This document shows positions 40,930 through 51,121 of a DNA stretch of 64,000 bases, piece by piece. The notes below the pieces were generated by a model that saw only the letters and a list, made by a program, of their open reading frames with translations, did not search any database and was not told where the DNA came from. Position 1 is the first letter of the stretch; each line of letters starts with the position of its first letter. The position numbers and the translations under genes are program-made. The DNA is from Stellaceae bacterium (GTDB lineage: Bacteria > Pseudomonadota > Alphaproteobacteria > ATCC43930 > CGMCC-115725), in assembly GCA_036008175.1 (NCBI GenBank), contig DASYOB010000098.1, positions 4,343 to 68,342 of the forward strand, in the 5' to 3' direction.

Positions 40930-42284
40930 GCCCATCACTGGATAAGGAAACCGCGGCGGCGATCGATCTGCTGCAGGATCTCGTAGGCCGCGCCCGCAAA
41001 GCCGGAGCCGATGCCGCTGATGCCGTGCTGTTCGAGGGCACCTCGCTGTCGCACGCCCGCCGCCTCGGCAAGACCGAGAAGCTCGAACGCTCGGAAAGCC
41101 AGGATCTCGGACTCCGCGTGCTGGTCGGAAAACGGCAGGCGATCGTATCGTCGAGTGATCGCTCACCGAAGATGTTGGCCGAGCTGGTCGAGCGCACCTT
41201 GGCAATGGCGCGGGCGGTGCCGGAAGACCCGTTCTGCGGGCTCGCCGATCCGGCCGAGATCGCTCTAGACTGGTCGCAGCTTGATATGCTTGATCCCGAG
41301 GAGCCGAGTGCCGAAACGTTGATCGAGCGGGCGCGCGCGGCCGAGGAGACGGCGCTCGCGGTCCCGGGGATCACGAACTCCGAAGGCGCCGAAGCCAGCT
41401 GGGGCCGCTCGCGGATCGCCCTTGTCGCCTCGAACGGGTTCGCCGGCGGCTATTCGGGCTCGCATCACGGGGTCGGCGCGTCGGTAATCAGCGGGTCGGG
41501 CACGCAGATGGAGCGCGACTACGACTTCGCCAGCGCGGTATACGCCGGGGACCTGCGAGACCCCGCCGAGATCGGCAAATCCGCCGGCGAGCGCGCGGTC
41601 AAACGGCTGGGCGCCCGCAAGATGCCGACCTGCCGCTGTTCGGTTGTGTTCGATCCGCGGGTCGCCCGGGGCTTCGTCTCGCATCTCTTGGGCGCGATCT
41701 CCGGTCCATCGATCGCGCGCGGCACCAGCTTTCTGCGCGACAAGCTGGGGCAGCGGATATTCCCGGAAGCGATCACGATCACCGAAGATCCGCACCGGCA
41801 GCGCGGCCACCGCTCCAAGCCGTTCGACGCTGAGGGCCTCGCCAATAAGCGGCGCGCGCTGATCGATAATGGGGTGCTGACGACCTGGCTCTTGGATTTG
41901 CGTTCGGCACGTCAGCTCGGCCTCAAATCGACCGGCCACGCCGCCCGCGGGACCGCTTCCCCGCCAGCCCCCGCGGCAACCAACATCTGGATTGAGCCGG
42001 GCAGCGCGAGCCCCGCGGAGCTGATGACCGACATCAAGAACGGTTTTTATGTCACCGAGCTAATGGGGATGGGGGTCAATGGCCTCACCGGCGATTACAG
42101 CCGCGGCGCCGCCGGCTTCTGGATCGAGAACGGGCAGATCGCCTTCCCGGTCAGCGAGATGACAGTCGCGGGCAATCTGAACGAGATGTTTGCCCGCATG
42201 GCAGCCGCCAACGATCTCGAATTCCGCACCGGGGCCGACGCCCCGACCCTGCGCATTGACGATCTGACCGTGGCCGGCGCGTAA
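40926..42284 (+). CDS. pmbA: Metalloprotease PmbA/TldE
   Basis: ORF 40866..42284 trimmed to MSPSLDKE at 40926 (ATGA overlap with the ubiD stop). TldD/PmbA fold, [15 protein letters not shown] near the C-terminus. Confidence 0.9.
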   Translation: MSPSLDKETAAAIDLLQDLVGRARKAGADAADAVLFEGTSLSHARRLGKTEKLERSESQDLGLRVLVGKRQAIVSSSDRSPKMLAELVERTLAMARAVPEDPFCGLADPAEIALDWSQLDMLDPEEPSAETLIERARAAEETALAVPGITNSEGAEASWGRSRIALVASNGFAGGYSGSHHGVGASVISGSGTQMERDYDFASAVYAGDLRDPAEIGKSAGERAVKRLGARKMPTCRCSVVFDPRVARGFVSHLLGAISGPSIARGTSFLRDKLGQRIFPEAITITEDPHRQRGHRSKPFDAEGLANKRRALIDNGVLTTWLLDLRSARQLGLKSTGHAARGTASPPAPAATNIWIEPGSASPAELMTDIKNGFYVTELMGMGVNGLTGDYSRGAAGFWIENGQIAFPVSEMTVAGNLNEMFARMAAANDLEFRTGADAPTLRIDDLTVAGA

Positions 42285-42338
42285 CCGCCGATCTTGCCAT
42301 TCGCCCCGCTCGCCTCTAACACTGGCGGACGGGGCCTT

Positions 42339-44147
42339 ATGCGCGACAGTTCACCGATTATGCAGGAAGGCACACGCTCGTTCGCGCTGGTGCGGCGGCT
42401 GGTGCGCGATTTCATGGGCCGGCATCTCGGCGCCATCACGCTGGCCTTTGTGTGCATGGGAGCCGCTGCCGGCAGCACGGCATTGCGCGCCTGGCTGATG
42501 GAGCCGGTTCTCGACCGCATCTTCATCGCCCGTGACGGGTCATTGTTGTTCCTGCTCGGCGGCGCGGCTCTCGCGCTGGCGCTCGTCAAAGGGCTCGCCG
42601 ATTACGGCCAGACGGTGTTGATGAGCCGAATCGGCCAGCGCGTCATCACCGATGTGCAGAATGCGCTGTTTGCCCGGCTGATGCGTGCCGACCTCGCCTA
42701 CTTTAACGCGAATCCGAGCGGCACGCTGATTTCACGCTTCACCAACGACGTTTGGCTGTTGCGCAACGCCGCGGCAAACGTGCTCGCCGGGATGGGCCGC
42801 GACGCAGTCACCGTCGTGTTCCTCGTCGGCGTCATGTTCTACCAGGATTGGGGGCTGGCGCTTGTCTCGTTCGTCGCCTTTCCGCTGGCGATCCGGCCGA
42901 TCGTCCGTATCGGACGGCGCATGCGAGGCGTCTCGGCCAACACCCAAGCCGAGATGGGCCAGCTGACGACGTTGCTTAGCCAAACATTCCAGGGCGCACG
43001 CCACGTCAAGGCCTATGGCATGGAGACATACGAAGAGCGCCGCGCCTTGGCGATATTCGAGCGGATCTTCGTCCTGGTCGATCGCGCCAACCGCACCCGC
43101 TTTCGCGCCGCGCCGATGATGGAAGCGCTTGGCGGTGCGGCGATCGCAGTGGTGATCCTCTATGGCGGGCATCAGGTCATTTCCGGCGCCCGCACCCCCG
43201 GTGCGTTCTTTTCGTTCATCACCGCGCTCCTCCTCGCCTATCAGCCCATGAAGGCCCTGGCCATTCTCAACGCATCGTTGCAGGAGGGCCTCGCAGCGGC
43301 ACAGCGCGTCTTCGATATCCTCGATATCGAGCCAAAGGTCCAGGACCGGCCCGGTGCCAGACCTTTGCAGATCCGCGGCGGCGAGGTGCGGTTCGAGGAG
43401 GTGCGGTTCGGCTATCATCCGGGCACTGTCGCGCTCGACGGAATCTCTTTCACTATTGAAGCGGGCAGCACGGTCGCGCTGGTCGGCCGCTCCGGTGCCG
43501 GAAAATCGACGGTGCTCAACCTGATTCCCCGGTTCTACGATGTCGACGGTGGGAGCATCACGATAGACGGCCAAGAAACACGCGAGGTGACGCTCGCCTC
43601 CCTGCGCGGCGCGATCGCGCTTGTCTCCCAGGAAGTCAGCCTGTTCGACGACACGGTGCGTGCCAACATCGCCTACGGCCGCCTTGGCGCACCGGACGAA
43701 GACATCGAGGCGGCAGCAGCAGCGGCCGGCGCCGACGGATTCATCCGCGAGCTGCCGGAGGGTTACGACACCCTCGTCGGCGAGCATGGGGTGCGCCTGT
43801 CCGGCGGACAGCGCCAGCGCCTGGCAATCGCCCGGGCTATGCTGAAAGATGCGCCGATCCTGCTGCTCGACGAGGCGACTTCGGCGCTCGACAGCGAAAC
43901 CGAGCGTCAGGTGCAGACGGCGCTGCGTCGGCTGATGCGCGGGCGGACGACGATTGTGATCGCGCATCGCCTGTCCACGATTATCGGCGCCGATCTGATC
44001 TGCGTGCTCGATCGCGGCGGCATCGTCGATACCGGGAGGCACGCTCAGCTGCTGGCCCGCAACGGCCTCTACACGCGGCTATACGAGACCCAGTTCGCGA
44101 GCGAGCGCGAGCTGGACCCGCTCCCGGGAGCGGGAGCGACCGGCTGA
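42339..44147 (+). CDS. msbA: ABC transporter permease/ATP-binding protein, MsbA-like lipid A exporter
   Basis: Six TM helices plus an NBD with Walker A GRSGAGKST, signature LSGGQRQR and Walker B ILLLDEATSALD. Start is ATG 42339 or TTG 42294. Heads the lipid A/Kdo cluster. Confidence 0.85.
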   Translation: MRDSSPIMQEGTRSFALVRRLVRDFMGRHLGAITLAFVCMGAAAGSTALRAWLMEPVLDRIFIARDGSLLFLLGGAALALALVKGLADYGQTVLMSRIGQRVITDVQNALFARLMRADLAYFNANPSGTLISRFTNDVWLLRNAAANVLAGMGRDAVTVVFLVGVMFYQDWGLALVSFVAFPLAIRPIVRIGRRMRGVSANTQAEMGQLTTLLSQTFQGARHVKAYGMETYEERRALAIFERIFVLVDRANRTRFRAAPMMEALGGAAIAVVILYGGHQVISGARTPGAFFSFITALLLAYQPMKALAILNASLQEGLAAAQRVFDILDIEPKVQDRPGARPLQIRGGEVRFEEVRFGYHPGTVALDGISFTIEAGSTVALVGRSGAGKSTVLNLIPRFYDVDGGSITIDGQETREVTLASLRGAIALVSQEVSLFDDTVRANIAYGRLGAPDEDIEAAAAAAGADGFIRELPEGYDTLVGEHGVRLSGGQRQRLAIARAMLKDAPILLLDEATSALDSETERQVQTALRRLMRGRTTIVIAHRLSTIIGADLICVLDRGGIVDTGRHAQLLARNGLYTRLYETQFASERELDPLPGAGATG

Positions 44148-44896
44148 TGAAGGCACCGAGCCGCTGGGGCCGCCGCGTGCTGCGCAGCGCTCGCCTGCGC
44201 CATTTTCTGTGCTGGACGATCCAGCTCTATATCCGCTTCGTTTTTCTGACCAACCGCTGGAGCATCGAGGGCGCGGAATGGCCGCAGCGGCTGCGCAGGG
44301 AGGGCCGCAGCTTCATCCTAGGGTTCTGGCACGGGCGACTGTTGATGATCCCGATGGCCTGGCAGCGGCTGGCGCCGATGCACATGCTGATCTCCGCCCA
44401 CCGCGACGGCCGCATCATAGCCGATGCCGTGACCTATTTCGGCGTGCATTCGATCCCCGGCTCCACCCGGCGCGGCGGTCTCGCGGCGCTGCGCACGATG
44501 CTGAAGCGCCTCGGGGAAGGGGAATGCGTCGGTATCACCCCGGACGGACCGCGCGGCCCGCCGACGCGCGCCAGCGGCGGGATCGTCAATGTGGCGCGCC
44601 TCGCCCAGGTGCCGATCGTGCCGATCGTCTTCGCCACCAGCCGGCGCCGGGTTCTGCGAAGCTGGGATCGGTTTCACCTCGCCCTCCCGTTCGGACGGGG
44701 CGCCTTTCTATGGGGTGAGCCGATCGAGATCGACCGCGATCTCGACGAGGCCGGGCTTGAGCATGCACGGCTGCTGGTCGAGACGCGCATGAACGCGCTC
44801 GCCGCCGAGGCCGACCGCCGCGTCGGTCATGGCGCGTCGCTCCCTGTTCCGGCTCCGGCCACGCCGATGGAGTTTGCCGGCAAGGAGCGGCGCTGA
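44147..44896 (+). CDS. DUF374 domain / lysophospholipid acyltransferase family protein
   Basis: 249 aa. FWHGRLLMIP...ISAHRDGRIIA...GITPDGPRGP. Conserved position upstream of waaA. Confidence 0.8.
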   Translation: MKAPSRWGRRVLRSARLRHFLCWTIQLYIRFVFLTNRWSIEGAEWPQRLRREGRSFILGFWHGRLLMIPMAWQRLAPMHMLISAHRDGRIIADAVTYFGVHSIPGSTRRGGLAALRTMLKRLGEGECVGITPDGPRGPPTRASGGIVNVARLAQVPIVPIVFATSRRRVLRSWDRFHLALPFGRGAFLWGEPIEIDRDLDEAGLEHARLLVETRMNALAAEADRRVGHGASLPVPAPATPMEFAGKERR

Positions 44897-46236
44897 TGTT
44901 GCCCCTGATCTATCGGTGCGCGACTGGAGCATTATCGCCATTCGTCCGCGCGTACCTGCTCTTGCGCTGCCGGCATGGCAAGGAAGATCCGGCGCGTCTC
45001 AGCGAGCGGTTCGGCATCGCCAGCGCGAGTCGCCCGCCGGGACCGCTCGTGTGGCTGCATGCGGCAAGCGTCGGCGAGGCGGTGTCGGTGCTCGGACTCA
45101 TCGCTCGGTTGCACAACGAGCGCCCGGATCTTGCCGTGCTGATGACCACAGGCACCTTGGCTGCGGCACGGCTGGTGCAGAACCGCTTGCCATCGGGCGT
45201 AATCCATCAATTCGTCCCGGTCGATGTGCCCCGCGCGGTGAAGCGATTTCTTGATCATTGGCGGCCCGATCTCGCCCTCTGGGTCGAATCCGAGCTGTGG
45301 CCAAACCTGGTCCTGGCGACCCATGGCCGCGGTGTCCCGATGATCCTGTTGAATGCGCGCCTGTCAACTGGATCGGAGGCGCGCTGGCGCGCGGTGCCGG
45401 GCCTGATCCAGCCGGTGTTAGCGTGCTTTAGGTTGTGCCTTGCCCAGGACGAAGCGCAGGCGGAGCGGTTTCGCCGCCTCGGTGCCCGTCGGGTGACGAG
45501 CGTCGGCGATCTCAAGGCGGCGGCCGAACCGCTCGCCGCGGACGGCTGCAGCCTTGCGCTGCTGGAAAAGCAGATCGGCGATCGGCCCCTATGGCTCGCC
45601 GCCAGCACGCACCCCGGAGAAGAAGAGATTATCGCTGCCGCCCATCGCTCGGTCGCGCGCACGCACCCGGGGCTGCTGACAATCATCGCACCGCGCCATC
45701 CGGCGCGTGGCGGCGCAATCGCCGCTATGTTGCGAGGGCAAGGTTTGGTTGTGTCGCGACGCAGCACCGGCGAGCCGATCGGGTACGCTACCGATATTTA
45801 CCTGGCCGACACGATGGGCGAGCTTGGCCTGTTCTTCCGCCTCGCCGGGATTGCGTTTATCGGCGGCTCGCTGGTACCGAAGGGTGGACACAACCCGTTC
45901 GAGGCGGCGCGGCTCGATTGCGCGGTCCTGCACGGGCCCGACATGCGCAACTGCGCGACGATGGCCGGCGCGCTCGATGCCGGCGGCGCGGCGCTGACGG
46001 TCGAGGATGCCAATAGTCTCGCCCTCGCTATAACACGGCTGTTGGCCAACCCGAGCGAACGCGCCGCTCGTGCCGAGGGGGCGGCTCGGGTGGTGCGGAA
46101 AAGCGCTGGCGCGCTCGATGCCGTGCTCGATCGGCTTGCACCGTGGCTCGATCCGCTCGCTCCGGTAGCATTCAGCGAAACGGGGCTGCCGCTCTTGCGG
46201 CGGCGCGCGATCAGCGGCGCCAATGCGCGCGCCTGA
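44896..46236 (+). CDS. waaA: 3-deoxy-D-manno-octulosonic acid (Kdo) transferase
   Basis: 446 aa. VWLHAASVGE...GGSLVPKGGHNPFEAA motifs. TGATG overlap with the upstream gene. Confidence 0.9.
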   Translation: MLPLIYRCATGALSPFVRAYLLLRCRHGKEDPARLSERFGIASASRPPGPLVWLHAASVGEAVSVLGLIARLHNERPDLAVLMTTGTLAAARLVQNRLPSGVIHQFVPVDVPRAVKRFLDHWRPDLALWVESELWPNLVLATHGRGVPMILLNARLSTGSEARWRAVPGLIQPVLACFRLCLAQDEAQAERFRRLGARRVTSVGDLKAAAEPLAADGCSLALLEKQIGDRPLWLAASTHPGEEEIIAAAHRSVARTHPGLLTIIAPRHPARGGAIAAMLRGQGLVVSRRSTGEPIGYATDIYLADTMGELGLFFRLAGIAFIGGSLVPKGGHNPFEAARLDCAVLHGPDMRNCATMAGALDAGGAALTVEDANSLALAITRLLANPSERAARAEGAARVVRKSAGALDAVLDRLAPWLDPLAPVAFSETGLPLLRRRAISGANARA

Positions 46237-47230
46237 ATTCTGGCACGAACCGCCCGGGCTGATCGCGGGATTGCTGGCGCCGTTTGGCGCCGCCTTCGAC
46301 GCCGCATCGCGGCTGCGCCGCGCGGTTGCGCGGCCCTATCGCGCTTCGGTGCCGGTGATCTGCGTCGGCAATCTCGTCGCCGGCGGGTCGGGTAAGACCC
46401 CGGTCGTGCTGTCGCTTGCCGGGCTGTTGGCCGCGCGAGGCGTTGCCGCGCACGTCGTGACCCGCGGCTATGGCGGTAGCCTCGCCGGGCCGGTGCGGGT
46501 CGATCCGGGGCGGCACGATGTCGCCGATATAGGCGACGAGGCGCTGCTGATCGCTGTTCGGGCGCCGTGCTGGATCGCGCGCGACCGTGCGGCCGGCGTG
46601 CGCGCGGCAGCCGCGGCCGGCGCCGAGGCGATCCTGCTCGATGACGGCTTTCAGAACCCGTCCGTAGCCAAAGACCTGTCGCTGGTTGTCATCGACAGCG
46701 ATTACGGGTTCGGCAACCGTCGGGTGATCCCGGCCGGTCCGTTGCGCGAGCCGGTCGGTGCCGGCCTCGCGCGCGCCGATGCACTTGTGGTGATCGGCGA
46801 GGCGGAGGCCGGGCGACGCTACGTCGCTCAGGCATGTTGCCCGGTGCTGCACGCCGAGATGCAGCCGATCGAGAGTGAACGTTTCGCCGGGGCACGCATC
46901 GTTGCCTTCGCCGGGATCGGCCGGCCGGACAAATTCTTCGCCAGCCTGCGTGCGCTTGGCGCGACGCTGGTGCTGGCGCAGCCCTTTGCGGATCACCATC
47001 GATTTCGGGGGAGCGAGATCGCCAAGCTACGAGAAGCTGCCGAACGAGCCCGCGCCAGGCTTGTCACCACGACGAAGGATTGGGTACGGCTGCCCCCTGC
47101 CCTGCGGGCCGGCATCGAAGTGCTCGAGGTCGAGATCCACTGGCGCGATCCGAACGAGGTGGAGCGCCTCCTCTTCGACGGTCTGTTGCGACGCCATGAC
47201 GGAAGCAACCCACACGCCGTTCGCGGCTGA
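46223..47230 (+). CDS. lpxK: Tetraacyldisaccharide 4'-kinase
   Basis: 335 aa. ICVGNLVAGGSGKTP P-loop, RGYGG, LLDDGFQN. Confidence 0.9.
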   Translation: MRAPEFWHEPPGLIAGLLAPFGAAFDAASRLRRAVARPYRASVPVICVGNLVAGGSGKTPVVLSLAGLLAARGVAAHVVTRGYGGSLAGPVRVDPGRHDVADIGDEALLIAVRAPCWIARDRAAGVRAAAAAGAEAILLDDGFQNPSVAKDLSLVVIDSDYGFGNRRVIPAGPLREPVGAGLARADALVVIGEAEAGRRYVAQACCPVLHAEMQPIESERFAGARIVAFAGIGRPDKFFASLRALGATLVLAQPFADHHRFRGSEIAKLREAAERARARLVTTTKDWVRLPPALRAGIEVLEVEIHWRDPNEVERLLFDGLLRRHDGSNPHAVRG

Positions 47231-48122
47231 GCCGGCGGCGCCGGTCCGCTGGTCGCATCGGGTCGAGGCCTGGGGCGCGGCACTGTTCTTCGCCGGGATG
47301 CGAGCGCTGCCGCTCGACGCCGCCTCGGCGCTCGGCGGGGCCTTGGCGCGCTGGATCGGCCCCCGCCTCGGCATCTCCAACCGGGCACGGCGTAACCTGC
47401 GCGCCGCCGTCCCTGACCTGTCGTCTGAACAGGTCGAGGCGATCGTCCGCGCAATGTGGGACAATCTCGGCCGGGTCGCGGCCGAATATCCGCATCTACC
47501 GAAGGTCCGGGTGTTCCCGCCGGACGGCCGCGTCGAGACGCAGGGCCTCGACCATCTCGATCGCGCACTTGCCGCAGACCGGCCAGTAATCATGTTCGGC
47601 GGCCATCTCGGCAATTGGGAGATCGGCGCCCTCGCGGCCGGCCAATACGGTCTCGACATCGCGCGGATCTATCGTGCCGCCAACAACCCGATCGTCGACC
47701 GCATGATCTCGCAGTTTCGCGCCCAAGGTCAGTCGCAGGCGGGTGAGTTAATCCCGAAGGGAGCCGTCGCTTCTCGTCGCGCGGTCGCGGCATTGCGGCG
47801 CGGCGCTCACCTGGCCTTGCTTGCCGACCAGAAGCTGAATGACGGGATTGCCGTGCCGTTCTTCGGGCGGCCGGCGATGACCGCGCCGGCACTGGCGCTA
47901 TTGGCACTGCGTTTCGACTGCACGGTACTGCCGGCTCGGGTTGAACGGCTTCGCGGCGCACATTTCCGCCTCACCCTCTATCCGCCGCTCGAACTGCCGC
48001 GCAGCGGCGACCGCGACGCCGATGTCGCCGCGCTGATGGAGAGGGTCAACCGGACGCTCGAAGGCTGGATCCGCGAGCGCCCGGAGCAATGGTTCTGGCT
48101 GCACAATCGCTGGCCCACCTGA
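47196..48122 (+). CDS. Lipid A biosynthesis lauroyl/acyl acyltransferase (LpxL/HtrB family)
   Basis: ORF 46875..48122 trimmed to MTEATHTPF at 47196. GGHLGNWE (HX4E) motif and C-terminal PEQWFWLHNRW. Confidence 0.8.
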   Translation: MTEATHTPFAAEPAAPVRWSHRVEAWGAALFFAGMRALPLDAASALGGALARWIGPRLGISNRARRNLRAAVPDLSSEQVEAIVRAMWDNLGRVAAEYPHLPKVRVFPPDGRVETQGLDHLDRALAADRPVIMFGGHLGNWEIGALAAGQYGLDIARIYRAANNPIVDRMISQFRAQGQSQAGELIPKGAVASRRAVAALRRGAHLALLADQKLNDGIAVPFFGRPAMTAPALALLALRFDCTVLPARVERLRGAHFRLTLYPPLELPRSGDRDADVAALMERVNRTLEGWIRERPEQWFWLHNRWPT

Positions 48123-48142
48123 TCGAGACGTGGGCGCGGCGG

Positions 48143-49357
48143 CTATTCGTCGTAGCCTGGCGTGTGCAGCATCGGCGGGTCGGCGACCTCCACCGTCAGC
48201 GCGCGATCGAAGCCGTTGAAACCGGTGCGCAGGCAGGCCCCGTAGGCGCCAAGCTGGCCGAGCTCAACCCAATCACCCTCGTCGACATCAGCGGGCAGCA
48301 GAAACGGCCCCTTCATGAAATCGGCGCTGTCGCAGGTAGGACCGTAGAGCGTAAAAGCGCGCAGCGGCGCGTCGTCGTTGCCAGTCCCATCGGCGCGCAC
48401 GCGGCGCGCTGGAAAGCGAAAACCCGGGCGGCCGGCATCGCTGAGGCTGCCATAGACCCCGTCATTGACGTAGAGCGCGTCGCCACGGCGCAGATCCACC
48501 TGCACCACCACCGATCCGCCACCAGCGACCAGCGCCCGGCCCGGCTCCGCCCAGAGCCGCACAGCATCGCCGAAGCGCGATGCCGCGACATCGGCGATCG
48601 TCGCGGCGTAAGCCGCGAGCGGCGGGGGCACGACATCCGGGTAGCTAACCGGGAAGCCGCCGCCAACGTCGACGGTATCGACCGGCACGCCCGAGAGCGC
48701 GACAGCTTCGGCCGCGAGATCCAGCGCGCGGGCATAGGCGGCCGGGTCGAGGCATTGCGAGCCGACGTGAAAGGCGACGCCAAGCCGTGCGGCATGCGGC
48801 CGTGCCAGGCGAAGCAGCTCCGCCGCGTCCTGCGTGGAAATGCCGAACTTGCCAGACAGATCGTAGGCGCCGCCTTGCGCAACAGCGAGACGCACAAACA
48901 GGCCCAGGACCGGCGGCTCACCGACGAGGCCGACCGGCACCGTCTCCTGCACGATCTTCGCCAGCTCATCCGAGCTGTCGAAGGCGAAATCGGTCACGCC
49001 GTACTCGTGAAATGCGGCATGGATCGCGTGGCGCGCCTTGACCGGGTGCATAAAATGCAGCTCGGCGTCCGGCAATACCTCGCGGACCAGCGCGACCTCC
49101 GGCAGCGAGGCGCAATCGAAATGCCGCACGCCGCCGGCCCACACTGCGCGCAACACGCTCCGCTCGGGGTTGCATTTGACGGCGTAAAGAACGTCGCCCG
49201 GGAACGCCTCGACAAAGCTGCGCGCCGCCGCGGCGATCGCCGCCGGGCGCAAGCACAGAACGGGCTCCGTCGGCTGCTCGCGCGCGACAACGGCTTCGAC
49301 TGACGAAAGAACGCTGCTCTTTACCGGACGCAGCGCAAGGGAGCGGGGCTTGACCAT
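48143..49357 (-). CDS. Type III PLP-dependent ornithine/lysine decarboxylase
   Basis: YAVKCNPE PLP-lysine motif, VDVGGGFP, GPTCDSAD. I prefer ATG 49357 (MVKPRS...) because GGAGG lies 8 nt upstream. The track start is 49396. Confidence 0.85.
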   Translation of the reverse strand: MVKPRSLALRPVKSSVLSSVEAVVAREQPTEPVLCLRPAAIAAAARSFVEAFPGDVLYAVKCNPERSVLRAVWAGGVRHFDCASLPEVALVREVLPDAELHFMHPVKARHAIHAAFHEYGVTDFAFDSSDELAKIVQETVPVGLVGEPPVLGLFVRLAVAQGGAYDLSGKFGISTQDAAELLRLARPHAARLGVAFHVGSQCLDPAAYARALDLAAEAVALSGVPVDTVDVGGGFPVSYPDVVPPPLAAYAATIADVAASRFGDAVRLWAEPGRALVAGGGSVVVQVDLRRGDALYVNDGVYGSLSDAGRPGFRFPARRVRADGTGNDDAPLRAFTLYGPTCDSADFMKGPFLLPADVDEGDWVELGQLGAYGACLRTGFNGFDRALTVEVADPPMLHTPGYDE

Positions 49358-49641
49358 CGCACGATCCTCCGAAAGGAGGCGAAACCGCGCCCGCATCGCT
49401 TCCTAAAGCGGGCCGGTGACCATTCCAGATGACGACGGCTATCGGAGGCGATGCGCCCCCGAAGGCGTCACAGGATCGTGGGTGTACTTCGCTCCGCAGC
49501 GTGCAGGGTGGCCAACATATCCGTTCCCTTAAGGATGCCGGCCCACGGGTGACCGGCTCTGCCAAAAAGGACGCGTTACGTCGTAGCGGCACCCCTCGGG
49601 AAAAGTGGGGTTCTAGGCACGTGCGATTTGCGTCGCAGCGC
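49358..49641 (-). promoter_or_regulatory. Long structured 5' leader of the ornithine decarboxylase gene (candidate speF-type leader RNA, with uORF)
   Basis: ~280-nt untranslated stretch between a candidate promoter and the ODC start. Contains several GC-rich hairpins, a 16-codon uORF (49468-49518) and a CCTCC-TTTC-GGAGG hairpin (49366-49379) covering the ODC Shine-Dalgarno. A speF leader motif is known upstream of alphaproteobacterial ODC genes. Confidence 0.45.
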
Positions 49642-49669
49642 TAGATAGGGGATTGCGCAGCGAATGCAA
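49642..49669 (-). promoter_or_regulatory. Candidate sigma70-type promoter for the ODC leader
   Basis: Minus strand reads TTGCAT (49669-49664) - 16 nt - TATCTA (49647-49642). Pattern match only. Confidence 0.3.
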
Positions 49670-49684
49670 GAAATTTTTGTTTCT

Positions 49685-50584
49685 TCAATGATTTGCGCGC
49701 GGCGCGAGCAGAGCGAGATATTCCCAGGCAAAGGTTGCGGCGGCGAGCGCGGTGATTTCCGCCACATCGTAGGGCGGCGACACCTCGACCACATCCATGC
49801 CCTGGAACGACAGCCCGGCGAGCCGGCGCAGAATCGCCTGCGCCTGCCAGGTGAACAAACCGCCGATTTCCGGTGTGCCGGTGCCCGGTGCGAAGGCCGG
49901 GTCGAGCGCGTCGACATCGAAGCTCAGATAGGCCGGCCTGTCGCCGACGACCGCGCGGATGCGCTCGGCGGTCGTCCCCGGACTCTCTTCGTGCACCGTC
50001 TCGGCGAAGAGGATTGTGACGCCCTTGCCGACAGTCCAGTCATGGACGCTTTTGTCCATCGGCGAACGGATGCCGACCTGCACTGTATGATGCGGATCGA
50101 TCAGCCGCTCCTCGATCGCATGGTAGAACGGCGAGCCGTGGCCAAAACGCTGGCCAAAGCTTTCCGGCCAGGTATCGACATGCGCGTCGAAATGCACCAG
50201 CGCAAGCGGCCCGGTGCGCGCCGCCAGCGCCCGTAGCAGCGCCAGGGTTATCGTGTGGTCGCCGCCGAGGGCGACGAGGTGGTTCAGCGGCTTTGCCTGC
50301 GCTTCGATCGCCTTCAACGTACCTTGGATGTCGCCGTGAACGATGCGGAAATCACCGATATCGGCGATGTCGCTCTCGGCCGGCGCGCTGCCGGCGATCG
50401 GATGGTCGCCATCCACCAGCATGCGGCTCGCCTGCCGTATCGCCGCCGGCCCGAAGCGGGCGCCGGGCCGGTTCGAGGTGCCGAGATCATAGGGAATGCC
50501 GGCGATCGAGATCGCCGCGTTGGGGTCGCTGCGCTCAATGCCGAGAAAGCTTGGCCGCACGGCAAAGGTTGGGGTGTCGGTCAT
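49685..50584 (-). CDS. Ureohydrolase family protein (agmatinase / guanidino-acid hydrolase)
   Basis: 299 aa. Arginase-fold metal motifs GGDHTITL, HFDAHVDTW, SFDVDALDP. Confidence 0.85.
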   Translation of the reverse strand: MTDTPTFAVRPSFLGIERSDPNAAISIAGIPYDLGTSNRPGARFGPAAIRQASRMLVDGDHPIAGSAPAESDIADIGDFRIVHGDIQGTLKAIEAQAKPLNHLVALGGDHTITLALLRALAARTGPLALVHFDAHVDTWPESFGQRFGHGSPFYHAIEERLIDPHHTVQVGIRSPMDKSVHDWTVGKGVTILFAETVHEESPGTTAERIRAVVGDRPAYLSFDVDALDPAFAPGTGTPEIGGLFTWQAQAILRRLAGLSFQGMDVVEVSPPYDVAEITALAAATFAWEYLALLAPRANH

Positions 50585-50628
50585 GTCGCTAATATGGGAA
50601 GCGCCCGATCACGGCCCCAGCCTCGCCG

Positions 50629-51096
50629 CTACAGCGGCTTTTCATAGAACAGGCTGGTGGCGATGCGATTCGGCGGGAGCTCGGCGTAATGGCCGAACGG
50701 CTCGCGGGCCCGAAAACCGCACCGCTCGTAAAGCCCTATTGCCGCCGCCTGCAGCGTCCCTGTTTCCAGCCGCAACATCGGCTTGCCGACGTTGCGCGCT
50801 TCCGTCTCAAGTCTGCCGAGCAGCGCCTTGCCGATGCCGCGCCCGCGTGCCGCCTCGCGGGTGTACATGCGCTTCACTTCGGCATAATCGTCGAACAAAG
50901 CGAGCGCCCCGCAACCGACCGCTGCGTCGCCTATTTGCGCCATGAAAAAGCGCACATTCGGCTGGAACACCTGCTCGATCGAGAGACCGTGCCGCTGCTC
51001 CGGTTCATAGAGAGCGCCAAGCACCTCGTCCAGTTCCGCGATCAGCGCCCTCGCGTCGGGTGTCGGACCGGAAAGACGCTCGATCGTGATGCCCAT
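50629..51096 (-). CDS. GNAT family N-acetyltransferase
   Basis: 155 aa. AEVKRMYTREAARGRGIGKALL...LETGTLQAAAIGLYERCGF. Confidence 0.85.
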   Translation of the reverse strand: MGITIERLSGPTPDARALIAELDEVLGALYEPEQRHGLSIEQVFQPNVRFFMAQIGDAAVGCGALALFDDYAEVKRMYTREAARGRGIGKALLGRLETEARNVGKPMLRLETGTLQAAAIGLYERCGFRAREPFGHYAELPPNRIATSLFYEKPL

Positions 51097-51121
51097 CGCC
51101 GCCGTTTTTCGGAGGTCCGGC

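Noticed and set aside
30892-42284. TldD and PmbA both present in the window; considered as a possible peptide-maturation or toxin-processing system
   Set aside because: The two genes are 8.5 kb apart, each embedded among housekeeping genes. No precursor peptide or modification genes are nearby, so this is consistent with the ordinary housekeeping protease pair.
42732-44042. 436-aa minus-strand ORF inside msbA
   Set aside because: It is a shadow ORF opposite an ABC transporter with Walker A, signature and Walker B motifs.
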